From: a virus
Strand: one strand, 5' to 3'
DNA: 64,000 bases
IMG/VR virus record: IMGVR_UViG_3300015242_000020
Location: 1 to 64,000 of that record
This document shows positions 38,713 to 48,986 of the stretch, in pieces. Position numbers and translations under genes: made by a program. The notes beneath the pieces were generated by a model, which worked only from the letters and a program-made list of their open reading frames with translations, searched no databases and had not been told where the DNA came from. Every line of letters starts with the position of its first letter. The first letter of the stretch is position 1.

Positions 38713-40169
38713 TGTGGTGGCTCCCAGCTATCGCCGTCCAGATGTCGCAGAGTGCCGCCGGTGCGCCAGCTGGTTCCGTCCCAGCGTTTCATCGTGCCGC
38801 CGGTGCGGAAGGAGCTGCCATCCCAGCGCTTCAGGACAGCCCCGGGGGCCGCTGTGTGGGCCGTGAGCGCGTCAGATCCCGATCCGGAGTCAGAGAGACC
38901 GACCGCCGCTCCGACGCTGCACAGCTCGCTCCCAGAGCCACTGTCGCCGAAGTTGAGGAGCACGGTGATGGCATAGGACTCCTGAGCGGATCCGGAGTCG
39001 GTCAGGGTGACCGCCGCGTTCACCCCAAGCTGCTCGGTCGCGGATCCGGAGTCGATCAGGGTGGTTACCACAGTGACGGTCAGGCTGTCGGTTGCGGTCC
39101 CGGAGTCGGCCAGAGAGACGGCAGCACCCACAGCGAGGTGGTCTGTGCCCGCACCAGAGTCAGCGACTCCCAGCGAGCCGGAGACAGCCAGGGTCTGCGT
39201 GCTGGTGCCGGTATCGGCCAGAGGAGCGCTGGCGACCACAGAGAGCGACTCAGATCCAGCCCCGAAGTCGTCCAAGGTGGGATTTCCGGAGCCGGAGACC
39301 GAGAATCCATCCGCTCCAGTGCCGGTATCGGTGAGAGACACGGCGACCGTGACCGATATCGACTCCGAGCCGGTACCGGAGTCAAGCAGTACCGGCGTTT
39401 CGACCGCCACCAAAGAATCCGAGCCAGCACCGGTATCGGCGAGCGGAACCGAGGCGGCCACCGCCAAGGTGTCAGATCCTGCTCCGGAGTCGGCGAGGCC
39501 AACGAGGTTGATGTGGGAGAGGCTGTCGGTAGCGGCGCCGGTATCGGCGAGTGGGATTGCCCCCGTGATGCTGAGGCTGTCGGTGGCGATCCCCGCATCC
39601 GCCAGTGGAATAGCAGCCGATACGCCCAGCGAGTCACCGCCTACACCATTCTCGATCAGCGGCACAGCTGCAGTCGCAGAGAGGTTTTCCGTGGCGGCGG
39701 CTGAGTCAGCGAGTGGCACTGTGGCGGTGGGGGAAAGGCTATCCGTACCGACCCCGGAATCGGTGAGGGAGACCTGGTTGACGCCGAGGAAACTGTCGGT
39801 ACCGGCACCGGAATCATTGAGTGGGATCGCGGCCTGAAGACTGAGGGAATCGGCAGCCGAGCCGGAATCCGCGAGGGAGACATTCCCAATCCAGCTCAGT
39901 GAGTCCGAGCCCGATCCCGAATCGGAAAGAGGCACAGCGACAGTTTCCGTGATGGAATCAGTCGCGGCACCCGAATCAGAAATGGGGATGTTGGCTGCTA
40001 CCGCAAGGGTGTCGCTGCTCGCGCCGGAGTCCGCCAGTGGAAGTGCCGCAGTGACAGAAAGGGCATCACTGCCGGCACCTGAATCGGTGAGAGTCTTGGA
40101 TGTCGTCGATTGGACGTTCGGGCGGACGATGATCGGCCGTGCCGGAAATCCACGACCCAGTCTCGACAC
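38709..40169 (-). CDS. fiber-shaft-like protein with 18-aa repeats
   Basis: Over 20 copies of LxDSGxGxDSLSV; three C-terminal RWDG-type repeats. Confidence 0.75.
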   Translation of the reverse strand: MSRLGRGFPARPIIVRPNVQSTTSKTLTDSGAGSDALSVTAALPLADSGASSDTLAVAANIPISDSGAATDSITETVAVPLSDSGSGSDSLSWIGNVSLADSGSAADSLSLQAAIPLNDSGAGTDSFLGVNQVSLTDSGVGTDSLSPTATVPLADSAAATENLSATAAVPLIENGVGGDSLGVSAAIPLADAGIATDSLSITGAIPLADTGAATDSLSHINLVGLADSGAGSDTLAVAASVPLADTGAGSDSLVAVETPVLLDSGTGSESISVTVAVSLTDTGTGADGFSVSGSGNPTLDDFGAGSESLSVVASAPLADTGTSTQTLAVSGSLGVADSGAGTDHLAVGAAVSLADSGTATDSLTVTVVTTLIDSGSATEQLGVNAAVTLTDSGSAQESYAITVLLNFGDSGSGSELCSVGAAVGLSDSGSGSDALTAHTAAPGAVLKRWDGSSFRTGGTMKRWDGTSWRTGGTLRHLDGDSWEPPQ

Positions 40170-40191
40170 GACCCATCACCTCCCCACCAGA

Positions 40192-40581
40192 TCAGTATTC
40201 GGAAACGTACAAGTTCGCTATGCCTTGCGCATCGGCATAATAGAACAATCGACCTATTCCCAACTCGATCGGATCCGGAAAATCGAATCCACCAGATATC
40301 CCCGCTCCGACGTACTTTTGAACGAATAGTTCAGACGAGTACCCCGTTGAGATCTCCTGAACTCGCCAACCTGAATCAGTCCCCTGGTGACGGACTGGTC
40401 CTTGATATTGAGGCGACACATCAGGGCCAGAGACTGGTCCCGTCGTACGTGTCACCGTCAACAACGTCAGTGCCGGACAAGTAAACTCGAATCTGTGCAC
40501 CAGTAGACCCCGGACATTTGTTTCCGGTGGAACTAAGGCGTAGGAAGTTGAGCCCACCATCTGGTGTGATATCAAATCCAT
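40192..40581 (-). CDS. hypothetical protein
   Basis: In operon; lower GC. Confidence 0.55.
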   Translation of the reverse strand: MDLISHQMVGSTSYALVPPETNVRGLLVHRFEFTCPALTLLTVTRTTGPVSGPDVSPQYQGPVRHQGTDSGWRVQEISTGYSSELFVQKYVGAGISGGFDFPDPIELGIGRLFYYADAQGIANLYVSEY

Positions 40582-40594
40582 TGCAAGATATTCC

Positions 40595-41236
40595 TTACGT
40601 GAAGTTGATGGCAGCCGTAGCCGCCCAGGTCTGATTTACAACCTTGGTACCCTGGTTGGATACCGCTCGGTTTAGCAAGAGAGCATTGACCGTGGTACCG
40701 CCTGTGACCGTCGGAGTACCAACATCAAGACCGAACTCAGCCCACGCGAAGTTGCCGTCGTTGATTCCGAAGGTCGCCGCAAACGACACCTTCTCTGTAG
40801 CCGATGCGTCCCCGGTCGCCAACGTACCCGCCCCTGAAACAGGCTGGAAAAACCTGTTCGTCGAACCTGACGCTGCGGATAGATCCGTCTGAGAGATAGC
40901 GGCAGCCGTACTGGAATTTCCCACGCCGATACGCACAGCCGTAGCGCTCAGTGCCTGAGGTGAGCCACTGGCGATCGCCAGGTTCAATAGGCGCACCCAC
41001 CCAGCGGTGGTGATCAGGTTGCCGTGATGCTCGGTAACACTATAGGGGTTGACGTTGAGCGCGTGGAAATCACTCGCCTCTGGAGCTACCAGCCCAGACT
41101 GACGCTTGACCCATTCGGTCTGCTCGGCATCCCACCGCTCGAACATCCAGTTGGTAGTGCCATATGCACTGTCGGAAATGGGCGCTAGCACACCGACACT
41201 GATGGAGTCTCGGCCCAGGCCCTTGTCTGCAGTCAT
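40595..41236 (-). CDS. virion structural protein
   Basis: GNLITTAG, IGVGNS, GNFAWAEFG and LLNR motifs; start ATG 41236. Confidence 0.7.
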   Translation of the reverse strand: MTADKGLGRDSISVGVLAPISDSAYGTTNWMFERWDAEQTEWVKRQSGLVAPEASDFHALNVNPYSVTEHHGNLITTAGWVRLLNLAIASGSPQALSATAVRIGVGNSSTAAAISQTDLSAASGSTNRFFQPVSGAGTLATGDASATEKVSFAATFGINDGNFAWAEFGLDVGTPTVTGGTTVNALLLNRAVSNQGTKVVNQTWAATAAINFT

Positions 41237-41249
41237 GATTGCTGCCCTT

Positions 41250-41648
41250 TCATTGTTCGGTTGACGTGTCGAACCAGAGCCGGTCCGGTAGGAGTCCCGT
41301 GGTATCGGGGGCCGTGCTGCTGACGATGATCTGTTTCTGCTGCTCGATGCGGTCCGCCAGTACCGCATCGAGCCGATAGGAGCCGCTCGCCCCCGCTGGC
41401 TGAGTCCACAGTGATGTGACCTCCTCCAAGTCGGTGGTGTCCGGACCCAGGAATAACGGCAGCAGGGTGTCGCTGCCGATCGAGATGACATTCCCGATCG
41501 AGTGACCGGAAAGGTCCTGCAGGTCGGCCGGCTGGGTGCAGTCCTGATCCAGAAACACCGACAGAGAGGCGCCAGCAGGCACTGGGTACAGCGGGCCACC
41601 GAGGGAGTAGCTGTAGACCAGTCGATCCTGAGGGAATGTCCAGCGCAT
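41250..41648 (-). CDS. virion accessory protein
   Basis: PADL..LPLFLGPD motif; LWFDTS C-terminus. Confidence 0.65.
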   Translation of the reverse strand: MRWTFPQDRLVYSYSLGGPLYPVPAGASLSVFLDQDCTQPADLQDLSGHSIGNVISIGSDTLLPLFLGPDTTDLEEVTSLWTQPAGASGSYRLDAVLADRIEQQKQIIVSSTAPDTTGLLPDRLWFDTSTEQ

Positions 41649-41658
41649 CTATTCTCCC

Positions 41659-43770
41659 CTAGTTCTGCACGGCGATGATGTTCACTTGCACTGAAGCGGC
41701 AGAGCTGGCGATTGTCGACTGGACAGCAGCAGTCAGAGACTTCACATAATGCCCATCCTTTGCCAGCAATAGATAGGTATTCGTCGAAAAAAGAACGGTG
41801 AGGGTAGTGATTGACCCCTGCGTAACAGTCGACGTTGTGTTGTCGTCGAATGTCGCGGTAAAAGATACAGTTAATGTCTCACTGGCTACCCCCGCAGGAG
41901 TTACTGAGCCCAGCACGATCGAATAGCCAAGCTGAGTCACCGACGGTGACATAGTGGCCGCTGTGCCGAGCGTGGCCGCCGTCGCCGACGGGGTGAGTGT
42001 GCCGGAGTTCCATTTGCGGTTTGAAGCCGCGTACTTCAATACCCCGTTCACCGTCTCCGGTCCATCGACCAGCGTCCCCAGTGGTGAGCTACTCGCCCCC
42101 GTTGATAGACCAGGGTTGGTTCCCCAGGTGCCGCCGGTGATCGACGAGCCGCCCGCGTACAGGTTCGCCCCCGTCAGGTTGCCGTTGCAGTTGTTCGCCT
42201 GCACGGTCGCCGACACCAGCGTTCCGGTCGCGGTCAAATACAGGCCGTAGGTCTGAGTTTTGGTGGTCTGGTTGTCCCAGCACCGGTTGCCGATGATCAT
42301 CGATCCGATGTTGATCGCATTGAGTGAGATACCGGATCGTAGATCAGTCGTATCAGTTGTAGTGGTTCCGTTGTTGCGAATCCGGTTGCCGCTGATCGTG
42401 CCGTCGGACTGTTGTGCATCGACCCGGATTCCCGCATCTCCGTTGCCATAAATGTCGTTGTTGACGACAGCGATCTCTTTGCTGGTCGATGCATTGCTGG
42501 GACTGTTGCCGAGGTGGACGCCGTGACCGGTGTTGCCGGAGATCCTGTTGTTGGAAATCTGGTAGCCAAACGCACCGTCACCGATCAGGACACCATCGAG
42601 GTTTCCGGAGATGACATTATTAGTCAGCACCCCGTTGCGGCCGACGATGCCAACGACACCTTTCGCACTGATGTCGAATCCTGCTGCAGTGTTGTTGATG
42701 ATCGTATTGCCGTCGACTACCAGCCCGTCTGCGCCCCAGTCACCAATGCCGTACCGGTTACCTTCGACGTGATTCCCGACGATCCGGACGCCGGTGGTCT
42801 TGGTGGTGAAAGCACCGTTTTGGTGTTCGACGAATATGCCGTGGGTGCCGTTGTTCTTCGCGGTGCAACCCGAGATGATCAGCGGCTGTATCGGGTTGTA
42901 GGAGGTACCGATCCCGATCCCGGCACCGCCGAACTGGGTCCCGTCGTTCCCGCGACCACAGTTGTTGACGACACAGTTGGTGATCGCTGAGTCGATCAGC
43001 TGGTCACAGCCGATCCCAGTCGCCAGGGTGTCATGAATGTAGAGGTTGATGAATCGGGCGCGAAGCATGAACAGGATGTTGAGGCCCTTGGATCCGACGT
43101 CGTAGCTGCTGGTGGTGACCAGCAGTCCGTCGATTTCGAAGTCGGCAAAGGTGCAGTCCGTCAAGGGGGTCGAGGTCGACCCGTCGGTGATGTTGTAGAT
43201 GGGGGAGAACCCGGTCGCCGGCCCTGAGTTGTTCGGCTTGAGGATGCTCTTGCCCTGTCCGGAGCCGACCAGGCTGATGCCGGACTTCCACTTCACTCCC
43301 GACCGCAGCAGATAGGTGCCCTTCGGCAGGAAGATCACCGATCCAGCTGGAAGAGCCGTAACCAGCGCCTGCAGAGCAGCCTGGTCATCGGTGGTTCCGT
43401 CCCCCTTCACCCCATGATCTTTGGCGTTGTAGACCAGGGAGTCGATCGCGACCGTCCCACCAACCACTGGAGGAGGAGTGGAGGGGTCGGTGCCGGCGGT
43501 GACAGCACGGGTTGCTGCAACACCCTGGGCCCGGCCATACAGCGTGGTGACGCCATCTGGCCCGTAGAAGCCTGGCACCAGACGGCTGCGCTGCACCCAA
43601 AAGTGCGAGCCCACCACGGCGACCTGAGCGGGATAGCTGAGCATGTCAGCCGGCGTAGTCGCCCCGGAGTCGGTGTAAAAGGTCACCAGCACCTGATCAG
43701 GGGTTGAGCCCACATCGGTGCTGCCGAAATACAGGCTCAGAGAGCTTGGGGAGAAATAGCTGCGCGCCAC
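41659..43770 (-). CDS. second beta-helix depolymerase (pectate-lyase-3/right-handed beta-helix)
   Basis: NAKDHGVKGDGTTDDQAALQ..IFLPKGTY; many I.GN.I..N repeats. Confidence 0.85.
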   Translation of the reverse strand: MARSYFSPSSLSLYFGSTDVGSTPDQVLVTFYTDSGATTPADMLSYPAQVAVVGSHFWVQRSRLVPGFYGPDGVTTLYGRAQGVAATRAVTAGTDPSTPPPVVGGTVAIDSLVYNAKDHGVKGDGTTDDQAALQALVTALPAGSVIFLPKGTYLLRSGVKWKSGISLVGSGQGKSILKPNNSGPATGFSPIYNITDGSTSTPLTDCTFADFEIDGLLVTTSSYDVGSKGLNILFMLRARFINLYIHDTLATGIGCDQLIDSAITNCVVNNCGRGNDGTQFGGAGIGIGTSYNPIQPLIISGCTAKNNGTHGIFVEHQNGAFTTKTTGVRIVGNHVEGNRYGIGDWGADGLVVDGNTIINNTAAGFDISAKGVVGIVGRNGVLTNNVISGNLDGVLIGDGAFGYQISNNRISGNTGHGVHLGNSPSNASTSKEIAVVNNDIYGNGDAGIRVDAQQSDGTISGNRIRNNGTTTTDTTDLRSGISLNAINIGSMIIGNRCWDNQTTKTQTYGLYLTATGTLVSATVQANNCNGNLTGANLYAGGSSITGGTWGTNPGLSTGASSSPLGTLVDGPETVNGVLKYAASNRKWNSGTLTPSATAATLGTAATMSPSVTQLGYSIVLGSVTPAGVASETLTVSFTATFDDNTTSTVTQGSITTLTVLFSTNTYLLLAKDGHYVKSLTAAVQSTIASSAASVQVNIIAVQN

Positions 43771-43783
43771 GGTTATTCAGTCC

Positions 43784-44989
43784 TCACCAGTAGAATCTCG
43801 CCGGGAAATAGCCACGTGCCGCCGCCATACCGAGGCCGCCGTAGGCCACGCTGGGGCCAAACCGTCCGTAGGCGCCGCCAGAGATCAGGGCCGCCGACTG
43901 ACCCAGACCCATATTGGCGATCTTGAAGGTGTCCATCATCAAGTCGAGGTCTTTCTGCTCCATCACGTAGACGTCCTGCCAGCGCTGCATGTAATCGCGC
44001 CGGTCCAACCGGGACACTGCCGAGGAGAGATTGACCTGTGGTTGCTCCACATAGGACCGAATCAGATGCTTGATGATTTCCACGTAGCCGATCTGCTCCA
44101 GCAGGGGCCCCCACTGGCTGACCGGGAAGGGGCTCTGGGCGTCATCGAGCGTATAGGTCTGATAGGGCTGGGCCACGGTGTTCATCCGGCCGACCCCGAC
44201 CCGCAGCAGCTGGGAGATACGGTTGCGGGTGAAATGGCTCTGCAGCAGGGTCTGCAGGTACGGCCCACCCAGCGGGGAGTCGAAGAGGTCAGCGAACCGG
44301 TGCCAGATGTTTTCCACGATCAGCTTGTAGCTGGGGTCCAGGGAGTCGTAGTCCGGATAGGACGGTCCGACCTGCAGCGGCACCACGTTGATATCGGCGA
44401 CGGCGCTGAGAGTGTAGGTGTAGTGGATATCGAAGACGCCGATAGTCGCCGTCTCCAAGCCGGAAAGGGTCAGCCCGTAAATGCCGGTACCGATATGGGC
44501 TGCAGCTCGGGAAAAGAGCACCACCCCGGTGGCAGCATTCACCATCTGTCCGGTCACCGCGTTGGCGTCCACGTCGGTGGGGGTGCCACCGACGACCACG
44601 GTGAAGCCGACCTGCTGGGTGGAGTACTGCGAGACGTAGAGCCGGTCATTCAGCGACGGCGGTGAGCCGGTGGGGGTCGGGGTGGTGGTGTCGGCTCCTA
44701 CCACGGTGACGGTCTCGGCGGCCTGCACCGGCTGGTGGTTGGAGTCGGTGCCGACCCAAGATACAAGTATCTCACCGGGGGGCGGCGGGATGTCCGGGGC
44801 CCAGACGAAGGCATAGTGCCCAACAGCAGGGTGGGTGATCCCGGCGGTGGTGGTGCCCAGGTAGGTGACGCTGCCCTCGATCGAGGTCACCGTGATCGAA
44901 AGAGTGAGCAGGTCGATGGAGGTGCCCCCGTCGAAGGTGTACCACTCCGAGGTCAGGGTGACCGCCTGTCCACGGGTCATCGTGGTCAT
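43784..44989 (-). CDS. head-to-tail connector with N-terminal Ig-like domains
   Basis: FADLFDSPLGGPYL and LDRRDYMQRW. Confidence 0.7.
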   Translation of the reverse strand: MTTMTRGQAVTLTSEWYTFDGGTSIDLLTLSITVTSIEGSVTYLGTTTAGITHPAVGHYAFVWAPDIPPPPGEILVSWVGTDSNHQPVQAAETVTVVGADTTTPTPTGSPPSLNDRLYVSQYSTQQVGFTVVVGGTPTDVDANAVTGQMVNAATGVVLFSRAAAHIGTGIYGLTLSGLETATIGVFDIHYTYTLSAVADINVVPLQVGPSYPDYDSLDPSYKLIVENIWHRFADLFDSPLGGPYLQTLLQSHFTRNRISQLLRVGVGRMNTVAQPYQTYTLDDAQSPFPVSQWGPLLEQIGYVEIIKHLIRSYVEQPQVNLSSAVSRLDRRDYMQRWQDVYVMEQKDLDLMMDTFKIANMGLGQSAALISGGAYGRFGPSVAYGGLGMAAARGYFPARFYW

Positions 44990-44999
44990 CGCTGACTCC

Positions 45000-47900
45000 T
45001 CACGTCAGGTCCAGCAATCGGGCACGGACCACGGCGCCGGACTGCACCACGCCGAGCACATAGGCGGTTTGCAGCCGGCCGCCGACCATCACCCCAAGCA
45101 CCGCCGGGTTGTGGGTGGGTCGCGCGCTGCCCTTGGCCAGCAGCACCAGGTGCGCCATCGCCAACAGGTGGGCACGGGCGATGGCCATCCGGGCCACTAG
45201 GGAGAGGGTGGCGTTCACCTTTAGCCGTGCCCGGCCGGAGACGTGCCCGGTGGCCGTCAGGGCGAGCCGGGCGGTGCCCTTGGTCTTGACCGAGACCGGA
45301 TGCACCAGCGCGGCACTCAGGGCCAGTACGGCAGTACCCCGAGCCGGGACGTGCAGCGGGTGCACGGTCAGGGTCAGGGTCAACGCGGCGGTGCCGTGCG
45401 GGGCACCGGAGATCCGGGTGACGTGCGCGGCCAAGACCAACACCGCGTGCCCCGGCGGGGCGATCGTAGGTCCCCGTGCCCCCAGGGTGAGGCTGGCGGT
45501 GCCCGTGGTCGGCGTTCCGGCGTGCGCCGCTGTGGCGAGTAGGGCCAGGACTGCGGTGGCGCGTAGGACCGCGTGGGGGCTCGTAATGGCCAAGGTGAGC
45601 GTGAGAGCTGCGGTGGCATGCGTGGGGGCAAGGACCGAACCGGCAGCGAACAGCTCGACGTCGGCCGCGCCAGAGGCCGGGACCGGGCCGCTAGAGGCAA
45701 CAGCCTCCAGGTCCACTGCGGCGGTGGCCGCTAGTCGGGCCTTGACCGAGCCAGAGGCACCCAGGGTGAGGTTCGCGGTAGCCGGCGCGATCTCGGCCGG
45801 CACGATCTCCATGACACCGGAGGCCATGATGCCCTTGGCGCCACGACCGAAGGAAGTGTTCGCCCCGGAGAGGGTGGGCACGATGTGGGCCAGCACCGGC
45901 TTGCCGATTCCGGTGGCGGCCGTCCAGTCCCCGGTGGTCCCGGTGTAGTCCATGCCCAGGATCGACCAGTGGCTCTGGGTGGCGACCATGTTGCCGCTGG
46001 ACACGTCAGCGTCATAGAAGTATCCCCAGGTCTGATACCCCCGGGCGGTCGCGGCGTCGGCCTTGGTGAGGTCGGAGATGCCGGTGCCCTTGATGATGAA
46101 CCGGGTGTTGCCGCCATAGGTGTCGAGCAGGTCCAGGTGCGCTGACATGGTCTGGGTGCCCTTGTTGTCGACCATGATCACGCGGCTGCCGGCGGCGTAG
46201 AGGTCGAGCACGTCGGTGAGCTGGGACATCGGAAATCCACCGGAGGTGGTGGTCAGCGGCTGCAGGGTGGCCCACGGCGTGGAGGGAATGTCGTAGTTGG
46301 TGCCGAAGACCCGGCCGGTGGTCTGGTCGTGGCTGCAGACCCACACCCCGTCGGAGGACTTCCAGACCGAAATCTCCAGCGCCAACGTGGAGGACCAGGC
46401 GGCGGAGTGCGCGTAGGCGAAGAGGGTCTCCTCCACCCAATCCGCCGAGCCGCCCCGGTGCGCGACGTACCAGCGCGAGCGCGCCATCCAGGCCAGGATC
46501 GGAGTGGTCTGACCAGCCACCAGCGACAGCGACGCGGTGGAGATCGCGATAGGCACCTTGGCGCCGCCGGAGGCACCCAGGGTGAGGGATCCGGTGCCGG
46601 TGGCGGCGATTGCCCCGGAGGTGGCGCCGGTTGCCGCCAGGTCCAGGGACGCGGTGGCAGTGGCCGTCCCGGTGGCCGGGGTAAGGGCGACCACCAGGCC
46701 GCCGGTGCCCGAGGCGACGGTGCCGCCACCGGAAAAGGTGGAGGTGCGTGTCCCGGTGGATCCGGCGGCGGTGAGCACCTGCCGGAAGACCGTCAGCGCC
46801 ATGTTCAGGGTGGCGCCGGTGTTAGCGTGGCTGACCTGCCCGAGCTGACTCATCCCCGACGGCAGGGACGGCACGATCGCAGTAGAGCCGGCAGCGTTGG
46901 AGGAGTACGCCAGGACAAGCATCGGATCGGTGGCTCCGGTCGGGGAGACCGAGGGCATGGCCACCGAAGACACGTTCTGCAGTCGGATCTGGGAGGTGGA
47001 GACATCCACCGGGGTGCCGTTGGCGGTCTCCACCCAGATCATGCCCATCGCCCGGTCGACGGTGGCTGAGGAGACGAAGTCATAGGAGACCGCCGTCTCC
47101 GCTGCCGCCGAGGGGACCGACTTGTAGTACAGGTGCAGGTCGACGTAATCGGTGGCCGAGGAGGGGATCTCCGCCCAGCTGGAGGGCAGCGTCTTGGTGC
47201 CGCCGGGATTGCGCCACAAGCAGGCGGCGAACAGCATCTGGCCGTCACCGAGGTTGGCCGGCTTCAGCAGCGTGATGGTGGTCGATGAGGCCGAGGAGTA
47301 GGTGTTGACCGCTGCCGAGGTGGCGCTGGCCTCCAGGTCGAGCGCGGCAGTGGCGGTGGCTCGCGCTGAGGGGGTGCCGCTGGCCCCCAGCGTCACCGTG
47401 GCGCTGCCGATGGTGGATCCGGTGGAGAAGGCCGACCCGGTGGCTCCCAGGGTCAGGGGAGCCGTTGCGGTAATCCCCACCGACGGGGTGCCGGAAGCAA
47501 CCAAGGACAGTCCAGCGGTCCCCGTCGGTGGGGCATACGCAGCGGTGCCGGAGGCTGTCAGGGAGAGCACTCCGGTGCCGCTGGCTTGAGGGATGCTGCT
47601 GGCCGTACCGGTCGCACCCAGGGTGATGGCTGCGGAGGCGGTCGGGGAGGCGACAGAGGGCAGCAGGGAGAAGACCACACCCCCGGCGCCGGCCGCGACC
47701 GTGTTGCCCCCGGCGAAGGTCGAGGTGCGGGTCCCGGTGGCACCGGAGGAGGTCAGGGTCTGCCGAAAGACCTGCACCGCCATGTTCAACGTGTTGGCCA
47801 CGTTCGCCGAGTCGAGTTCCTGCAGCAGCGTCATCCCGGTGGGGGTATTGGCAGTGCAGGCGGTGGAGTTGGCCGCGTTCGTGGAGTAGGTGACCACGAT

Positions 47901-48299
47901 CAGGTCATCGCGCGCGCCCGTCGTGGTGACGGTCGGCATCGCCACCGAGGACACATTGGTCTGCCGAGTCAGGCTCGCGGTGCCATCGAACGGCGAGCTA
48001 GCCGCGCAGGACTCGGCCCACATGATGCCCAGCCCGCGCTCGGCGGCGGCGGTGGTGGAGAAGGCGTAGCTGGTGGAGGTTTCTCCAGCGGCGGAGGGAA
48101 TCTGCTTGTAGTAGACGTGGACGTCGAGGTAGTCAGTGGCCGAGACCCCGATCTCAGTCCAGCCTGAGGCCGGGGTCTTGGTCCCACCGATGGTCCGCCA
48201 CACGCAGAGGGCGAACAGCATCTGCCCGTCCGCGACATCCGCCTTGCTCAGCGTGATGGTCTGCGTACTGGCATTCGCATAGGTGGTGACCGGTGCCAT
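45000..48299 (-). CDS. large virion fiber with glycerophosphodiester phosphodiesterase (GDPD) domain
   Basis: VAHRGG..EETL.AY and LEISVWKSSDGVWVCSHD; duplicated N-terminal domain; Ala/Thr repeats. Confidence 0.8.
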   Translation of the reverse strand: MAPVTTYANASTQTITLSKADVADGQMLFALCVWRTIGGTKTPASGWTEIGVSATDYLDVHVYYKQIPSAAGETSTSYAFSTTAAAERGLGIMWAESCAASSPFDGTASLTRQTNVSSVAMPTVTTTGARDDLIVVTYSTNAANSTACTANTPTGMTLLQELDSANVANTLNMAVQVFRQTLTSSGATGTRTSTFAGGNTVAAGAGGVVFSLLPSVASPTASAAITLGATGTASSIPQASGTGVLSLTASGTAAYAPPTGTAGLSLVASGTPSVGITATAPLTLGATGSAFSTGSTIGSATVTLGASGTPSARATATAALDLEASATSAAVNTYSSASSTTITLLKPANLGDGQMLFAACLWRNPGGTKTLPSSWAEIPSSATDYVDLHLYYKSVPSAAAETAVSYDFVSSATVDRAMGMIWVETANGTPVDVSTSQIRLQNVSSVAMPSVSPTGATDPMLVLAYSSNAAGSTAIVPSLPSGMSQLGQVSHANTGATLNMALTVFRQVLTAAGSTGTRTSTFSGGGTVASGTGGLVVALTPATGTATATASLDLAATGATSGAIAATGTGSLTLGASGGAKVPIAISTASLSLVAGQTTPILAWMARSRWYVAHRGGSADWVEETLFAYAHSAAWSSTLALEISVWKSSDGVWVCSHDQTTGRVFGTNYDIPSTPWATLQPLTTTSGGFPMSQLTDVLDLYAAGSRVIMVDNKGTQTMSAHLDLLDTYGGNTRFIIKGTGISDLTKADAATARGYQTWGYFYDADVSSGNMVATQSHWSILGMDYTGTTGDWTAATGIGKPVLAHIVPTLSGANTSFGRGAKGIMASGVMEIVPAEIAPATANLTLGASGSVKARLAATAAVDLEAVASSGPVPASGAADVELFAAGSVLAPTHATAALTLTLAITSPHAVLRATAVLALLATAAHAGTPTTGTASLTLGARGPTIAPPGHAVLVLAAHVTRISGAPHGTAALTLTLTVHPLHVPARGTAVLALSAALVHPVSVKTKGTARLALTATGHVSGRARLKVNATLSLVARMAIARAHLLAMAHLVLLAKGSARPTHNPAVLGVMVGGRLQTAYVLGVVQSGAVVRARLLDLT

Positions 48300-48318
48300 C
48301 GAGTCCCAACAAGATCAA

Positions 48319-48687
48319 TCAGGAGGCGCTGAGGGTGAGGGCGCCGGCCGACACCGTGATGGAGGCTGCCGTCACCGAGGAGCCCAGCGCGCCACCGATG
48401 GCGTAGTTGCTGCCGGTGGAGGCCGAGGCGGTGCCGAAGTAGGTGACCGCCACCGTGCCGGCCGTGGAAAAAGTCAGCGCGCTGGAGTTGGTCTTGGCCC
48501 CCGACGTGGTGGCGGAGTTCCAGGTGCATGCCTGTCGGGCATAGCCGCCGGTCGCGGCGTTCTCACTCGATCCGGCGGTGCCCGGGTCGGCAGTATGGAG
48601 TGAGACGTAGGCGATGACGTTGGTCGCCTGGGTGGCGTCCAGGCCGTTGAGGGCGGCCTGCTCGGCGGTACCGGATGCGCGGGCCAT
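48319..48687 (-). CDS. small virion protein
   Basis: YVSLHTADPG..GGYARQ motif. Confidence 0.75.
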   Translation of the reverse strand: MARASGTAEQAALNGLDATQATNVIAYVSLHTADPGTAGSSENAATGGYARQACTWNSATTSGAKTNSSALTFSTAGTVAVTYFGTASASTGSNYAIGGALGSSVTAASITVSAGALTLSAS

Positions 48688-48690
48688 GAA

Positions 48691-48969
48691 TCAGCTCTCC
48701 TGCGTGTTGGTGTCGTGCACGAACGGGGTGGTCTCGTCGTGGGCCGGGTGCCCGTCGGCGGCATAGCGGTCTCCCACCAGGCCAGCGACCTCGGCTGCGT
48801 GATCGGGATGAACCTCGACCGCCGCCTCGGTCACGTCGTAGGTGGTGCCATCGGTGGTGGTGACCTCACCGGAGATCGGCCCGGTCAGCACCACGTGGCC
48901 GTCGGAGGCGTAGTGAAAGTGCGGGGTGCCATCGGCGTTGGTGCCGAGGCGGGTCTTCTGGATAGCCAC
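48691..48969 (-). CDS. hypothetical protein
   Basis: AAGGAG RBS. Confidence 0.65.
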   Translation of the reverse strand: MAIQKTRLGTNADGTPHFHYASDGHVVLTGPISGEVTTTDGTTYDVTEAAVEVHPDHAAEVAGLVGDRYAADGHPAHDETTPFVHDTNTQES

Positions 48970-48986
48970 AGGGCGCTCCTTGTCGG

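Noticed and set aside
38830-40100. 54-bp periodicity as a CRISPR-like array
   Set aside because: In-frame coding repeats with no identical repeat/unique spacer pattern.
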